In this document: one piece after another, positions 53,516 to 64,000 of the stretch
Numbering within the stretch: position 1 is the stretch's first letter
How the letters are laid out: the number at the start of each line of letters is the position of its first letter
NCBI GenBank assembly: GCA_963695855.1
Contig: CAVOHZ010000010.1
Span: forward strand, 864,001-928,000
Length of the DNA stretch: 64,000 nucleotides
Reading direction: 5' to 3'
Origin: an uncultured Nitrososphaerales archaeon
GTDB lineage: Archaea; Thermoproteota; Nitrososphaeria; Nitrososphaerales; Nitrososphaeraceae
Notes under the pieces: generated by a model
The model's input: only the letters and a program-made list of their open reading frames with translations
What the model was told of the DNA's origin: nothing
Database searches by the model: none
Made by a program: the position numbers and the translations under genes

Positions 53516-53935
53516 GAAATGAATATATTAATAGGTCAAATAATACTTAAAAGTTCAGACACAAGTTTACTGATTCTAGATAGGAAGATTTTATAAAAAA
53601 ATTAAATTTCTGGAATATATAGGAAGATTTTATCTAAATATTTTATGAATATATTATCTATTAGCATGATGTTATAAAACTTTATTATAAATATAACAGG
53701 TTATAGTTTTATGGAAAAACATCAACTAAATCGGTAATATATTCACTAATCTTTCTTTTTACTTCTGTACAAAATTGACTCAGAGTCAGTGCTTAGTTAA
53801 TCTTAGAATGAAAAGTTACTCTATTTGGAAAATCTAAAAACTTTGGATCTACCACTTCTTACTTCTACCTAGTAAAAGAGAGTAACTGATATCATGAGAC
53901 AATACGGTTAACAGACAATCAGTCTTCTTGCTATC

Positions 53936-55558
53936 TTAATAATTTGTCCTTATTTCTTGCGTTCTGGATCCTCCAATGTTTGCTCTAATCCCAGTGTAAG
54001 GATATATTTTACTATCATAATTGGATTCGTCATCCTTGAAAAGTGCCGCTACAGTTGTATTGTTATATATATTTTTTAAGCGGTCTATTTGAGTCAAATT
54101 TTCACCTTCTATTTTTGACATGACACGTTGATAGATAGAATCTACAAGAAGTATTATTTTTGATGTCCTGATCGGTTTGGTATCTCTAAAATGTGAAAAT
54201 GTATTTTCGTTGTCAAATACATATTTGTATATCCATGATGATATTGGACTTGCAATTACTGTAATTTGATCACTTTCTCGTTCATGATCTTCAATGATGG
54301 GAATAGGATCTCTTTCATGGGATTCTTTTTCTAATTGGTTTGCTATAAAAGATATGGAATAGAACTGAACATAAGATAAATCAGTTGAAATTAGTAATGT
54401 AGTATTTACAAGTCCAAATATACAGAGAGAAGAAATTATTAAAAATGAAATTATTCTATCTTTCTTTTTTAATTTACCTATCCGAGGTAAATCATGAATA
54501 AGTTTCGCTATTGCTATACATAATGGTGGTAATATCAATATGAGATGAAAATGGGCGACCCATCCTATAAAATATAGAAAAATTATATACGGCACGAGCC
54601 AGATTATTGGAACAAATTCCCTTCTTAATGAACAGTATATAGTACCTATAATTCCTAGAACCAATAATACCGGGTCGGATTTCCAGAAATCTTCTACTAT
54701 ATTAAAAAGAGAATTGCCTCCATGTCTTTCTGTTCCTTGCCAGAATATTCCATCTATGAATTCATCAAAGCGGTCTGAGACGATTGCATATGCTGGCCAT
54801 ATTGCAGGAATTACGACAACAGGAATAATGAACCATATAATCAAAATTTTAATTTTTCCACTGTTAAAAGAAAATTTATTTTCCTTGTACGGAACTTCTG
54901 ATAAGCTTTGATTTATCAAATAGAGTGCTATCGGTAGAAAACATATTGCTGGTATTTTAGTGAAGATCGCAATACCCATTGATATACCTGATAAAAGGAG
55001 TAGAATTTTATTTCTAGAAACTGAGCTAGGCCCAATTTTCAATGCCAGAAAAATTGAAGTTAGAATAAACGGTAACATAATTGAATCCAATACGATTCTT
55101 CTTGTAATCCATGTTAATGGCATTACGGCAAATAAAATCGCGGCGAAAATTGCAATGGGCCTATTAAATCGTGTTTCTGATATTTTATAAATCAAAAAAG
55201 TATCTATTACTGCAACGATGCCCATTAATATTCTTGGAATTAAATAAAGGGTTTCTATTGATTGCACATCCGCGGATGGGTCTATAGAATTTGGATATCC
55301 TATCAGTCCCAAAAAAAAGGCTAAAAATATTTGACCGAAATAAGGGTGATCAAAACTGCTTGTGGAATCCTGCGAGTGATCAAAACTGCTTGAATCATCG
55401 TGAGGACCATTTCCCTCTAATATATGTAAGGCTCTTTTTATATAAACACCCTCATCTGGATGAAAAGACGGAAATTGGGATAAATTCCAAAGGTGAGTAA
55501 AGGAGCTTAAAACTAATGGAATGAAGAGAATAATCAAATAATTTCTCTTAATTAGCAT
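53936..55558 (-). CDS. GT-C membrane glycosyltransferase (PMT_2/ArnT-like)
   Basis: HPDEGVY, DHPYFGQ, multiple TM helices and AIFTKIP. Confidence 0.85.
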   Translation of the reverse strand: MLIKRNYLIILFIPLVLSSFTHLWNLSQFPSFHPDEGVYIKRALHILEGNGPHDDSSSFDHSQDSTSSFDHPYFGQIFLAFFLGLIGYPNSIDPSADVQSIETLYLIPRILMGIVAVIDTFLIYKISETRFNRPIAIFAAILFAVMPLTWITRRIVLDSIMLPFILTSIFLALKIGPSSVSRNKILLLLSGISMGIAIFTKIPAICFLPIALYLINQSLSEVPYKENKFSFNSGKIKILIIWFIIPVVVIPAIWPAYAIVSDRFDEFIDGIFWQGTERHGGNSLFNIVEDFWKSDPVLLVLGIIGTIYCSLRREFVPIIWLVPYIIFLYFIGWVAHFHLILILPPLCIAIAKLIHDLPRIGKLKKKDRIISFLIISSLCIFGLVNTTLLISTDLSYVQFYSISFIANQLEKESHERDPIPIIEDHERESDQITVIASPISSWIYKYVFDNENTFSHFRDTKPIRTSKIILLVDSIYQRVMSKIEGENLTQIDRLKNIYNNTTVAALFKDDESNYDSKIYPYTGIRANIGGSRTQEIRTNY

Positions 55559-56150
55559 TCTGATTTATTTAGACAATATGCTCTTTATATTTTATTTTTA
55601 GAATCATGAGAGGATGGGATACCTAGACAAAAGAAGATGAAAAGAATATACTCTTAATACTTGCATCATAAAGAATGGATAAGATACCACATAAATCAAA
55701 ACATGAAAAATTAAAGAATCATATTATATCGTATACTAAGATCAATATCCAGTTACCTCATAACTTGCACTAATAGATACTTTTTTGATTTATAAAATAT
55801 TGAAGACATCTTCTGACTTCGGTTACAAGGGAACAGAAGGGGATTTTTCACATGCAAAATCTATACTATTATTAAAGAAGAAACACAGAATTTAATTTGT
55901 CTAAACAGACAAAATTCCGAAAATAAACATCATAAAGAATGAGTAATAATAGAACATACAATTTGTCGAATCATGCAAATTGGTATAATAGAAGGAGACA
56001 AATTGAGAACCAAACTGATCGGGCATGAAATATTTTGATATCCTATTTGTTATTGTAAACATCGGAATAATGGAGAAATAAAAACAGCAACTGTATTTAA
56101 TCATAAGAACCTATACCAAAAAATATGAAGGAAAAACTGATTTGATTTAA

Positions 56151-57530
56151 TTACGAAAGAAAATCTAATTTACTTATTTTCTTAAAAAAAATATCGTTAT
56201 TCTCAAATTTTGTATCTTGCCAAACTATAAACACGTTTGGTCCAGAGACAACCAGTGAAGGATTTAAAGCTTTTAATCCCTGATCATCTAATACAATTCC
56301 TTTACGCGAAGAGTCTTTAAAATATCCGAATGGATAAAATTCGATGGTACTTTTATTATTCGGAAAATTCGCTACCCAAATTCCAAAGAAATAATCACCT
56401 CCTGCTATCAGTTTCGGTGATTTTGTATTTCCTATAGATTCTAATATATTCGTGCCACCAAAACTCAATTTATCAGTCTTTGCATGCCTGAAGAATATTC
56501 TATTCTCCATATTAATATTCGATTTTTTTGCAGCTTGTAAATCTGTACTATTCTCATCTTGCCAAATAACATAAGTTTCATTATTTAAAAGAGCTACATC
56601 TGGAAATTTTGAAATCCCTGTAGTATTGCTTATCATCTTGGTCTTTTTAAAAATCTTCCCTGTTTTTTGACTTGCTTTAAAATATATCTCCTTATTTCCA
56701 TTGGTATCATCATCCCATACAACATAAACATTCTTCCCTGATGCAGCAATTTGCGGAAATTCTGATGTCCCGTTATTTTCACTAAGATTCTTTTTACCTT
56801 TAAACTCTTCACCGCCATTTGGACTTGCTTTAAAATATATCTCCTTATTTCCATTGGTATCATCATCCCATACAACATAAACATTCTTCCCTGATGCAGC
56901 AATTTGCGGAAATTCTGATGTCCCGTTATTTTCACTAAGATTCGTGATAGCTCCGAATGTACTTCCATTATCTAAACTAGAAGTAAAATATATCTCCTTA
57001 TTTCCATTGGTATCATCATCCCATACAACATAAACATTCTTCCCTGATGCAGCAATTTGCGGAAATTCTGATGTCCCGTTATTTTCACTAAGATTCGTGA
57101 TAGCTCCGAATGTACTTCCATTATCTAAACTAGAAGTAAAATATATCTCCTTATTTCCATTGGTATCATCATCCCATACAACATAAACATTCTTCCCTGA
57201 TGCAGCAATTTGCGGAAATTCTGATGTCCCGTTATTTTCACTAAGATTCGTGATAGCTCCGAATGTACTTCCATTATCTAAACTAGAAGTAAAATATATC
57301 TCCTTATTTCCATTGGTATCATCATCCCATACAACATAAACATTCTTCCCTGATGCAGCAATTTGCGGAAATTCTGATGTCCCGTTATCTTGACTGATAT
57401 TGGTATTATGACCAAAATAAAGGGATTCTGGTATGATGCCATAGGCCAAACCATTATAATGAGAAAAATGATAGTAAATTATCAATATCATAAGAATTAA
57501 AATTTGTAAAATTAATACCTGACAAATCAT
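56151..57530 (-). CDS. Exported BNR/Asp-box (sialidase-like) repeat protein
   Basis: 51-aa repeats SEFPQIAASGKNVYVVWDD..GNKEIYF.SSLDNGSTFG with Asp-box SxDxGxTF. Confidence 0.85.
   Translation of the reverse strand: MICQVLILQILILMILIIYYHFSHYNGLAYGIIPESLYFGHNTNISQDNGTSEFPQIAASGKNVYVVWDDDTNGNKEIYFTSSLDNGSTFGAITNLSENNGTSEFPQIAASGKNVYVVWDDDTNGNKEIYFTSSLDNGSTFGAITNLSENNGTSEFPQIAASGKNVYVVWDDDTNGNKEIYFTSSLDNGSTFGAITNLSENNGTSEFPQIAASGKNVYVVWDDDTNGNKEIYFKASPNGGEEFKGKKNLSENNGTSEFPQIAASGKNVYVVWDDDTNGNKEIYFKASQKTGKIFKKTKMISNTTGISKFPDVALLNNETYVIWQDENSTDLQAAKKSNINMENRIFFRHAKTDKLSFGGTNILESIGNTKSPKLIAGGDYFFGIWVANFPNNKSTIEFYPFGYFKDSSRKGIVLDDQGLKALNPSLVVSGPNVFIVWQDTKFENNDIFFKKISKLDFLS
56679..57388. repeat. 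153-bp-period intragenic tandem repeat (five identical cores)
   Basis: Identical core of about 98 bp at 56679, 56832, 56985, 57138 and 57291; three full units identical. Confidence 0.93.
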
Positions 57531-57789
57531 AATATGATACTCTTCTGTAAAAGTCTGGGATATGATATTAATGTTTAAGTGAATGATCTATGTTTATTTG
57601 GTATACAATAATAACTAAAAAAAATATAATAATGATTAAAAAATTTATCCACTAATAACGAAAAAATTTATAATTAATAAATATGGAAAAATCACTGAAT
57701 AGGGTAAAATTGAGAGAAAATTTGGATCATTCTGTTCCATTCCTGTAAAATATGATCTGTTTTTTGCATCCGAAATCCTATCTTACCTT

Positions 57790-58169
57790 GATTACTGGTG
57801 TAATTCCACTAAAAGAAAGGTATTGAAAATTCTTGTTACTGTCATACCAACCATCCATGATAGCAGGTTCTAATGGCAATGTATTTGAACCGTGTTTCCT
57901 AACTATACTTTCTGTTTATCTATAAGATATGAAAGGATGCTCACGTACCAACCCCCAATTATTTGATAAATAATCTGGGTATACGAACTTTCTACCTTCC
58001 TTGTCCTTGTTCATCTCTTATAATTCAGTATCTAGCCATCAATAACATCAAAACGAAGTAATACCTTTCCATGTCTACCAAGAGTTTATTGTATTTCTTC
58101 CAGTTCACTCTTGATTACTGGAATAAGACAGCCAGACGTGGTAGGATTAGCGAGTTATGAAACATAGCA
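57790..58169 (-). mobile_element. Internally deleted, degenerate IS5/IS903 copy
   Basis: Patches match 42955-43000 and 43430-43624, including the end AGCGAGTTATGAAACATAGCA. Confidence 0.8.
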
Positions 58170-58659
58170 GAAATAGATACAAACGGGTAAAATCAAATAA
58201 TGTATCTAAAAAAGTACCGGCTTTTTATTTATTATAGCTTTATAAGAATAATTCTTATGTATAAAGTTAAAAAATGACGATATTGAAAAGTAATAATTTT
58301 CTATATTGTTTTGCCTTTATACTCTTCCTTCTTCTATTTGATTATTTTACCATTAATTATGACCTATTCTTATTCTTTCTATAACCATCGCATTTTTTTG
58401 TATTTGGTTATTTACCTGAAGCTGGAGGTCTTCCTTCAGTTGAAGATCCAGCGGTAGAACCGTACTACATGGAGGACTCTATCTTGAACGGGCCCCTGCA
58501 GATATAATGCTAAAATATAAGTTAGTATATACTAAAACCTTAACAAAATGGGTTAGTCTCAAAGAATAGAAACTCCCTTTTTTAGATAAATTAGGCACTT
58601 AAATCTTCCGTGATCAAGTTACTTTGTTTAATGCTATAAAATTTTTTTGTGTACAACTA

Positions 58660-58785
58660 CATTCAAATATTAAAAAACATTCAAATATTAAAAAACATTC
58701 AAATATTAAAAAACATTCAAATATTAAAAAACATTCAAATATTAAAAAACATTCAAATATTAAAAAACATTCAAATATTAAAAAA
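58660..58785. repeat. 18-bp minisatellite, seven perfect copies
   Basis: CATTCAAATATTAAAAAA x7 with no spacers. Confidence 0.97.
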
Positions 58786-58976
58786 TAAGTGCATAATGTA
58801 TTATTATATTGATACATGTATTGGAGAAGAAAAAAATTAATTCTGAATTTGTTCTTTATTGGTAATAGTTGTAGGTGAGAAGACTGATCGTGTCGACAAT
58901 TTTTGGATGGTAAATGTAACACGCTGTATTTTATGATAAAAACAATCTTTTGCAGGTTTACTACAGAAATAATAAA

Positions 58977-60266
58977 TCATTGGGATAATGTTATTTTATA
59001 GATCTTTCCTTCACCATCTGAATCTCTATCTAACGTCAATATGTACAAAAATCCGTCTGGCCCAGTTTCAATATCTGTCATTCCACCGAAAGCCGTTCCC
59101 AGGGCTATTTCAGACATTTCCTCTTCATTGTCAGCGATTAGATCATTTAGTTCTTTTTGACTATTACTATCAAATTTCATTCCTGTTCTGTCCTTATTAA
59201 CTTCGAAGTAATAGAGATACCCATCAGTTAGGTCACCAATATCACCAACAAAAATATTGTTAGCATATTTATTTCCAAGTTTTGAGGAATTTAAAAATTC
59301 GATATCAGTAATTCCTATTGTTGGAATCCAGCTAAATACAGGATCAGCATAGTGTGATCCTGCAAACCTTACCAATTCATCTTCATTAACGTTAGTCTTA
59401 GAAATAGGGCCCATAACTTTCTTCCATCCACTGTTAAAGCCTGGTTTAACTAAATTAATTTCATCACCATATTCTGGTCCATTCTCTGTATCCCATAGGT
59501 TTCCAGTTACTGGATCAAATCCGATCCCAAAACTATTGCGGATTCCATAAGCATAATATCTTTTATTCTCCTTATCTGCAAAAGGATTACCAGGAGCTGC
59601 AGATCCATTCTCTGGATTTACTCTGAATATGACACCAGTATCATCTGGTTCTGGTCCATCTACAATATTCTGTAGTTTTCCCTCATGGTTAAGAAGATCT
59701 CCTATTACAGTATAAAGATAGTTATCAGGTCCAATGATCAATTTCCCACCGTCATGGTTTGGACCTGGAGTCGCTGGTAAATCTAAAATTAAAGTAGGAT
59801 TAACAAGAGTTCTTTCTTCTTCATTCCATTGATATTTGTAAACTCTATTCCTTAATGGTTCATTATCGTCAGAGGAAGATTCTGTATAATATAGAAATAC
59901 CGTATCTTTATTCATTATAGCAATTCCCAAAAGTCCACGCTCAATCTTAGTATTTACATCTACTTCCAATACTGGCTCCTCTTGCAAGATACCATCTGTA
60001 ACAAGCCGTACAGTACCTTCCTTTTCTAAAACCAAAATATTGTTATTATCTAGAAATGCCATGCTGGTCGGCCAAGAAAATCCTTCAACATATATTTCTG
60101 CTTGTAGATTTGGATCATTCAAAATTGGTTGTTGTTGTGCCATCGCAGTTTGATAAAAGTTTAATGATAATAAGTCAAAAATTACAATGGTTAAAACAAG
60201 AATTGTGAGAAACATTATTGTCACACAAAATGAAAGATTAAAAAATAAGTTGCCATTTTGATTCAT
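58977..60266 (-). CDS. PQQ-dependent sugar (glucose/sorbosone-type) dehydrogenase, exported
   Basis: ERGLLGIA, NHDGGKL, YAYGIRNSFG and WDTENGP..DEIN. Confidence 0.92.
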   Translation of the reverse strand: MNQNGNLFFNLSFCVTIMFLTILVLTIVIFDLLSLNFYQTAMAQQQPILNDPNLQAEIYVEGFSWPTSMAFLDNNNILVLEKEGTVRLVTDGILQEEPVLEVDVNTKIERGLLGIAIMNKDTVFLYYTESSSDDNEPLRNRVYKYQWNEEERTLVNPTLILDLPATPGPNHDGGKLIIGPDNYLYTVIGDLLNHEGKLQNIVDGPEPDDTGVIFRVNPENGSAAPGNPFADKENKRYYAYGIRNSFGIGFDPVTGNLWDTENGPEYGDEINLVKPGFNSGWKKVMGPISKTNVNEDELVRFAGSHYADPVFSWIPTIGITDIEFLNSSKLGNKYANNIFVGDIGDLTDGYLYYFEVNKDRTGMKFDSNSQKELNDLIADNEEEMSEIALGTAFGGMTDIETGPDGFLYILTLDRDSDGEGKIYKITLSQ

Positions 60267-60408
60267 TCTAAAATTTAACCATAGGTATATAATAAATATT
60301 TTATTAATTGTGCACTAAAATTGAATGAAATCAACTTATTCTTTTCGTTTCAAGTTTGATGATATAAAAAATCTCAACGAAGTTGCTAAAAAGCTAAATA
60401 CAAGGTAG

Positions 60409-61536
60409 TATACCAATTAAGATAAATATGCTTACTCACCTCCAACCAGGTAATTTCTCATATTCAGATTGAATCTTTTTGTTCTAAAATATGTAGATAT
60501 TTTAATTATGAAATCTGTAAATGAGCGATAGTATTGTAGGACAAGCAGATCGTTTTTGGCTATATTCCAGCATTCTTCCAGTACCATAAATTCTGGAGAT
60601 GCTGTTGGAAGATATACTGGAATCAGATCCTTTTTGTGTTTGTCAAAATATTGCAGTACCTTTTTTGATTTATAGTGTTGTTTTGCTTTATCCAGAAATA
60701 TATAACATTTTGGAAATTTTTTATGTATTTGTTTTAGATAATTAAGAAATGTATTTTCATCAAACCAGTCATATTGCCTGAACAGTTGTTTTCCTTCTAA
60801 ACTTGTGGCACCAAATAGAACTGACTCCTGATGATATCCATTAATTCTTACTACTGGTCTTTCATCTTTTCTTATCCAGACTCTTCTTACAAGAGAGTCA
60901 AAGAAAAAGAATGATTCATCAGTAGATACTACCGTGAATCCTTCTTGGAGATTATCCAGTATCTTGCTCTTTTTTAAAACCTTCTTTCTCTTCTTTTGGT
61001 GCAGTGTTTACATGTACTTTTCTTGGTACCTTCTGTTTGAATCCCCATCTTCGAAGTAATGTGTAAATGTAAATATGATGGTAGTGTATACCGCTTTCTC
61101 TGACTATGATATCATAAACCTGTTTTGTAGTCCATCCCTGTTTGCTAGACGACAGTTTATTTTTTATCTTGTATACTGTCTCTTCTGGTATATCTGGTGG
61201 TCTACCACTTTTTGATCTGTTTTTTAATCCTTCTATACCTTCTTCCCTGTACCTCTTTAACCAATCAGAAGCCCATGTTCTGCTTCTGTGGAGATCTCTT
61301 GCAACCTGTGCAGGAATATGTTTGTCATATACTACGTTTAACACAAGCAACATTCTTTCCCTTACACCTACATCAGATTCTTGTTTATACAGTTGCTCAA
61401 ATCTTGTTCTAGAAAGATTATTGCTCTCAATCAAATGATAAACTGTATGCTTCCTTTCTTAGCTAAATCTATTATTGTCTAAAGTGTATGACCATGATGT
61501 TAAATTAATGTCAGCATAATTATATTAATTGGTATA
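60409..61536 (-). mobile_element. IS630-family insertion sequence (coordinates include the TA duplication)
   Basis: TIRs TATACCAATTAA(G/T)ATAA(A/T)TATGCT at both ends. Confidence 0.9.
60432..61434 (-). CDS. IS630 transposase split in two frames
   Basis: ORF1 HTH part (61434-60952); ORF2 STDES...FLDKAKQH...LPTASPEF..LEECW ending at TAA 60432; junction at TTTTAAAAAAG. Confidence 0.8.
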
Positions 61537-61626
61537 GTATCACTATAAAATTGGACTCTTATTTTTGCGCCGCTATCGGTATTATTCTCTATATTCATTA
61601 TGGTAGAAGTTTTTGTTTGTATTTAT

Positions 61627-61812
61627 CTAATTTTCTATATTCTTGCCTTTCTTACTATTTAATATTATTGGAAAACCAAAAAGTAAAAGTAGTAAACCAA
61701 TCATTGGAACAAATATTCGAATGGAACTCTCTGTTATAGTTATAACTAATGGAATTACCAGCAAGACAGTACCTAACACCATAAAAATTATTCCTATTCT
61801 TCTCTGTTCCAA
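61627..61812 (-). CDS. Small two-TM membrane protein
   Basis: Two hydrophobic helices with basic flanks. Confidence 0.5.
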   Translation of the reverse strand: MEQRRIGIIFMVLGTVLLVIPLVITITESSIRIFVPMIGLLLLLFGFPIILNSKKGKNIEN

Positions 61813-62528
61813 TAAACTGCGTTATTTCACATGTTCTATAAAACAATATTTCATATTTGATAGAAAAGAAAAAGAGTTGTATTGAAATTTTTAGGTGATT
61901 CTATCGAACCAAATGAAGATTAGTCTATTATTGTACAATTATTTTACTTTCTAAGTTCCTAATGATAAAAGCTAAATACAATGTAGTAGAAGCCTACTGC
62001 ATGGAAGATTCTACTCCCGATGAACTACATGAATATGTACATGATCCCACCACTTAAAGTGATTATTCTCATTACAAATTTTAACATCTTATCTTTTAAA
62101 GATATTGATTCTGAATATTACAACAACAAGAAATTATTCTTTATTTTTTTGATTCTAATCCTCTTGATAGAATTCTAATCTGTAGAGTGCAAAGAACATT
62201 TAAGCTCTCATTTGGCCGTCATGCCATAAGGCATAGTGGCCCAAATCCATCTTATAACTATAAAATCTATATCTTCTGTTCCGCGGTTACGAAATTAATA
62301 GTTACGCAATCATGCAATTTATTATTACGAAATACACAGATTCACTTTTTTTGGTCTTGCGATATTTCAGCCCTTGCGCCACCACAGTAATTTCATTTTT
62401 ATTCTATTCTGTGATTCTTTGTGTGGTCTAAGGCATAGCAAAAAGCAGGCAAAAATCATTATAATAGGGGATAAAACTTATTAGCTGACTTATTTAAAAA
62501 TAGGTAGTGATGAATTTTTTCATATTGA

Positions 62529-62946
62529 TTGATTGTAAGTGGACTATTAGTTATGTTTTCTTCAAATATATATGCACAAAATGAACTAAATTTTCAATAT
62601 GAAAACTTTCCTAACAATTTAGCTGAAACCGTAGAAAAGGCGTCAGAAAATCCAAATAGTTCAGAAATGAAATTACTAGAATGTGTTACATATTCAAACA
62701 GTGCGGCAATTAAAGAATCACGAGAAATGTATAAGCAAACATGGTCTTAGATTCAATCTATAAATAATCGAAAGTGAAGAATTTTCTATGGATATAAAAA
62801 TAACCATAATTGCAGTCGAATGGAATGCAATAGATACTTTGAACTCACCAATACCATATCTAATTGATTTATGTGCTACATCATATGATGAAACAGGTAA
62901 ATTCCTACACGAAATAGATGAAATGGCTCAATTAAATAAGCCTTAG
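62529..62946 (+). pseudogene. Broken paralogue of 40530-40961
   Basis: AAG-to-TAG at 62748 plus ATAA duplication near 62760; otherwise near-identical. Confidence 0.85.
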
Positions 62947-62969
62947 AAAAAGTACACAAAAAAATGAGA

Positions 62970-63284
62970 CTAATATTGATTTGAGCTGAGAAGCCATTGT
63001 ATTAATTTGTAATTTCCCTCTAGCGTAAGCATCCAACTTACACAATCAATTTCCCTATCAATAAAATTTGCATCCTTCATTTCCATACAAGTTTTAATTC
63101 TCTGTTCGTGTGCTTCGGGTGGTGTTTGTTTAGTTTGTTTTATATGTTCATCAGTAAAGTCAGATAGTTTCATTCCTTTTTCTTCCATAAATTTAAAATC
63201 CTCTTCAGTAAGTAGGTCTACTGCACTACTATTTTGTGCCTTAGTAGAAGTGAAGGAAAAAAAGGTAATAGTTGAAACAAGCAT
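62970..63284 (-). CDS. Exported hypothetical protein (intact copy of duplicated gene)
   Basis: Signal-like N-terminus; broken copy at 40149-40506. Confidence 0.7.
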   Translation of the reverse strand: MLVSTITFFSFTSTKAQNSSAVDLLTEEDFKFMEEKGMKLSDFTDEHIKQTKQTPPEAHEQRIKTCMEMKDANFIDREIDCVSWMLTLEGNYKLIQWLLSSNQY

Positions 63285-63449
63285 GATTATAAAGATTGAA
63301 GTAATTTTTATCTTGAACGTTAAGTGAAATTATCAACTAGTAATATTAAAAATGTTCTATGATAATGGATTATCTTTATAAAAAATTAAAAAAAATAAAA
63401 AAAATAGATTAATTTAACAATTTACTCCTTCAAAATTTGGCTTACTGAT

Positions 63450-63990
63450 TTAGATTGTATTTGCCATTTCTTCAACTATTGAAGAATATTTATCAATCTG
63501 CTTTATCGGGTTCATCAAAATTTAATTTATATTCTCTATCATATGCAATTATCAAAAGATGAAATCTGTGAAATTCAACTCCTTCCGAACTATCAGTATG
63601 AATAATTTTATAAGCAGGAAATCCGTTTATTTCTGTAATTCCTGAATCAATCAGAGTGGAACTTGGTAACAATGTCTCAAAACCTGTTTCTTCAGCAATC
63701 TCTCCAATTGAATATTTTGCAAGTCCAAAATTTTCTATTGCAATATCTAATCCATAAATGTCATTATCTGCAGATTGAAAATCAGCTATAGTTTTTGATT
63801 TATCTTCATATACATAATTATCTTCATATACATAATCTGATTTTTCACAGTCCAATCTTTAGGACATTGAATTCATATTCAACATTTTTCATTAGTATAT
63901 GTATTTTCTAATTCACAAAAGCCTTCGTCAAAGGATATTCCTAATACTAGCGATATAACAGCTACCAAAAGAATAAAAAATATTTTTATA
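63450..63990 (-). pseudogene. PsbP-like exported protein pseudogene
   Basis: INGFPAYKI, REYKLNF and, in another frame, DKYSSIVEEMANTI; frameshifts; boundaries approximate. Confidence 0.6.
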
Positions 63991-64000
63991 ATATACGATT

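Noticed and set aside
56679-57388. CRISPR-like repeat-spacer pattern
   Set aside because: The period is 51 codons inside a protein gene and the intervening parts are mostly identical
58660-58785. CRISPR array, or the NIQILK/FECFLI repeat ORFs
   Set aside because: Repeats are contiguous with no spacers and no cas genes; the ORFs are by-products of an 18-bp stop-free unit

Overview
AT-rich archaeal chromosome segment. Gene content (DnaJ-ferredoxin fusion, CHRD proteins, orphan PII proteins, PsbP-like and PQQ-propeller secreted proteins, urease locus) points to a soil ammonia-oxidising thaumarchaeote such as Nitrosocosmicus; this is inferred, not looked up. 1-9.5 kb: housekeeping and mannosylglycerate-related genes. 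11.5-28.4 kb: a urea/nickel island with a decayed DUR3-type urea symporter, Lrp and ParB-like genes, a TroA/ZnuABC-type metal ABC system with nikR and a canonical-geometry NikR operator, a UT urea channel, ureABC, and a maturation unit led by a divergent thermosome-like chaperonin and an unknown His/Cys protein ahead of ureEFGD. 35-64 kb: a decaying accessory region with IS481, IS5(IS903), IS6 and IS630 elements, an IS6-type MITE nested in a dead IS481, tRNA-Val(GAC) with a truncated integrase and a candidate att copy, surface-modification genes, tandem repeats, and an inverted two-gene duplication with reciprocal inactivation. Best candidate for an under-described system: the chaperonin plus unknown protein embedded in the urease maturation operon, fed by a NikR-controlled cluster A-I ABC importer. 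All family calls come from motif recognition by eye.
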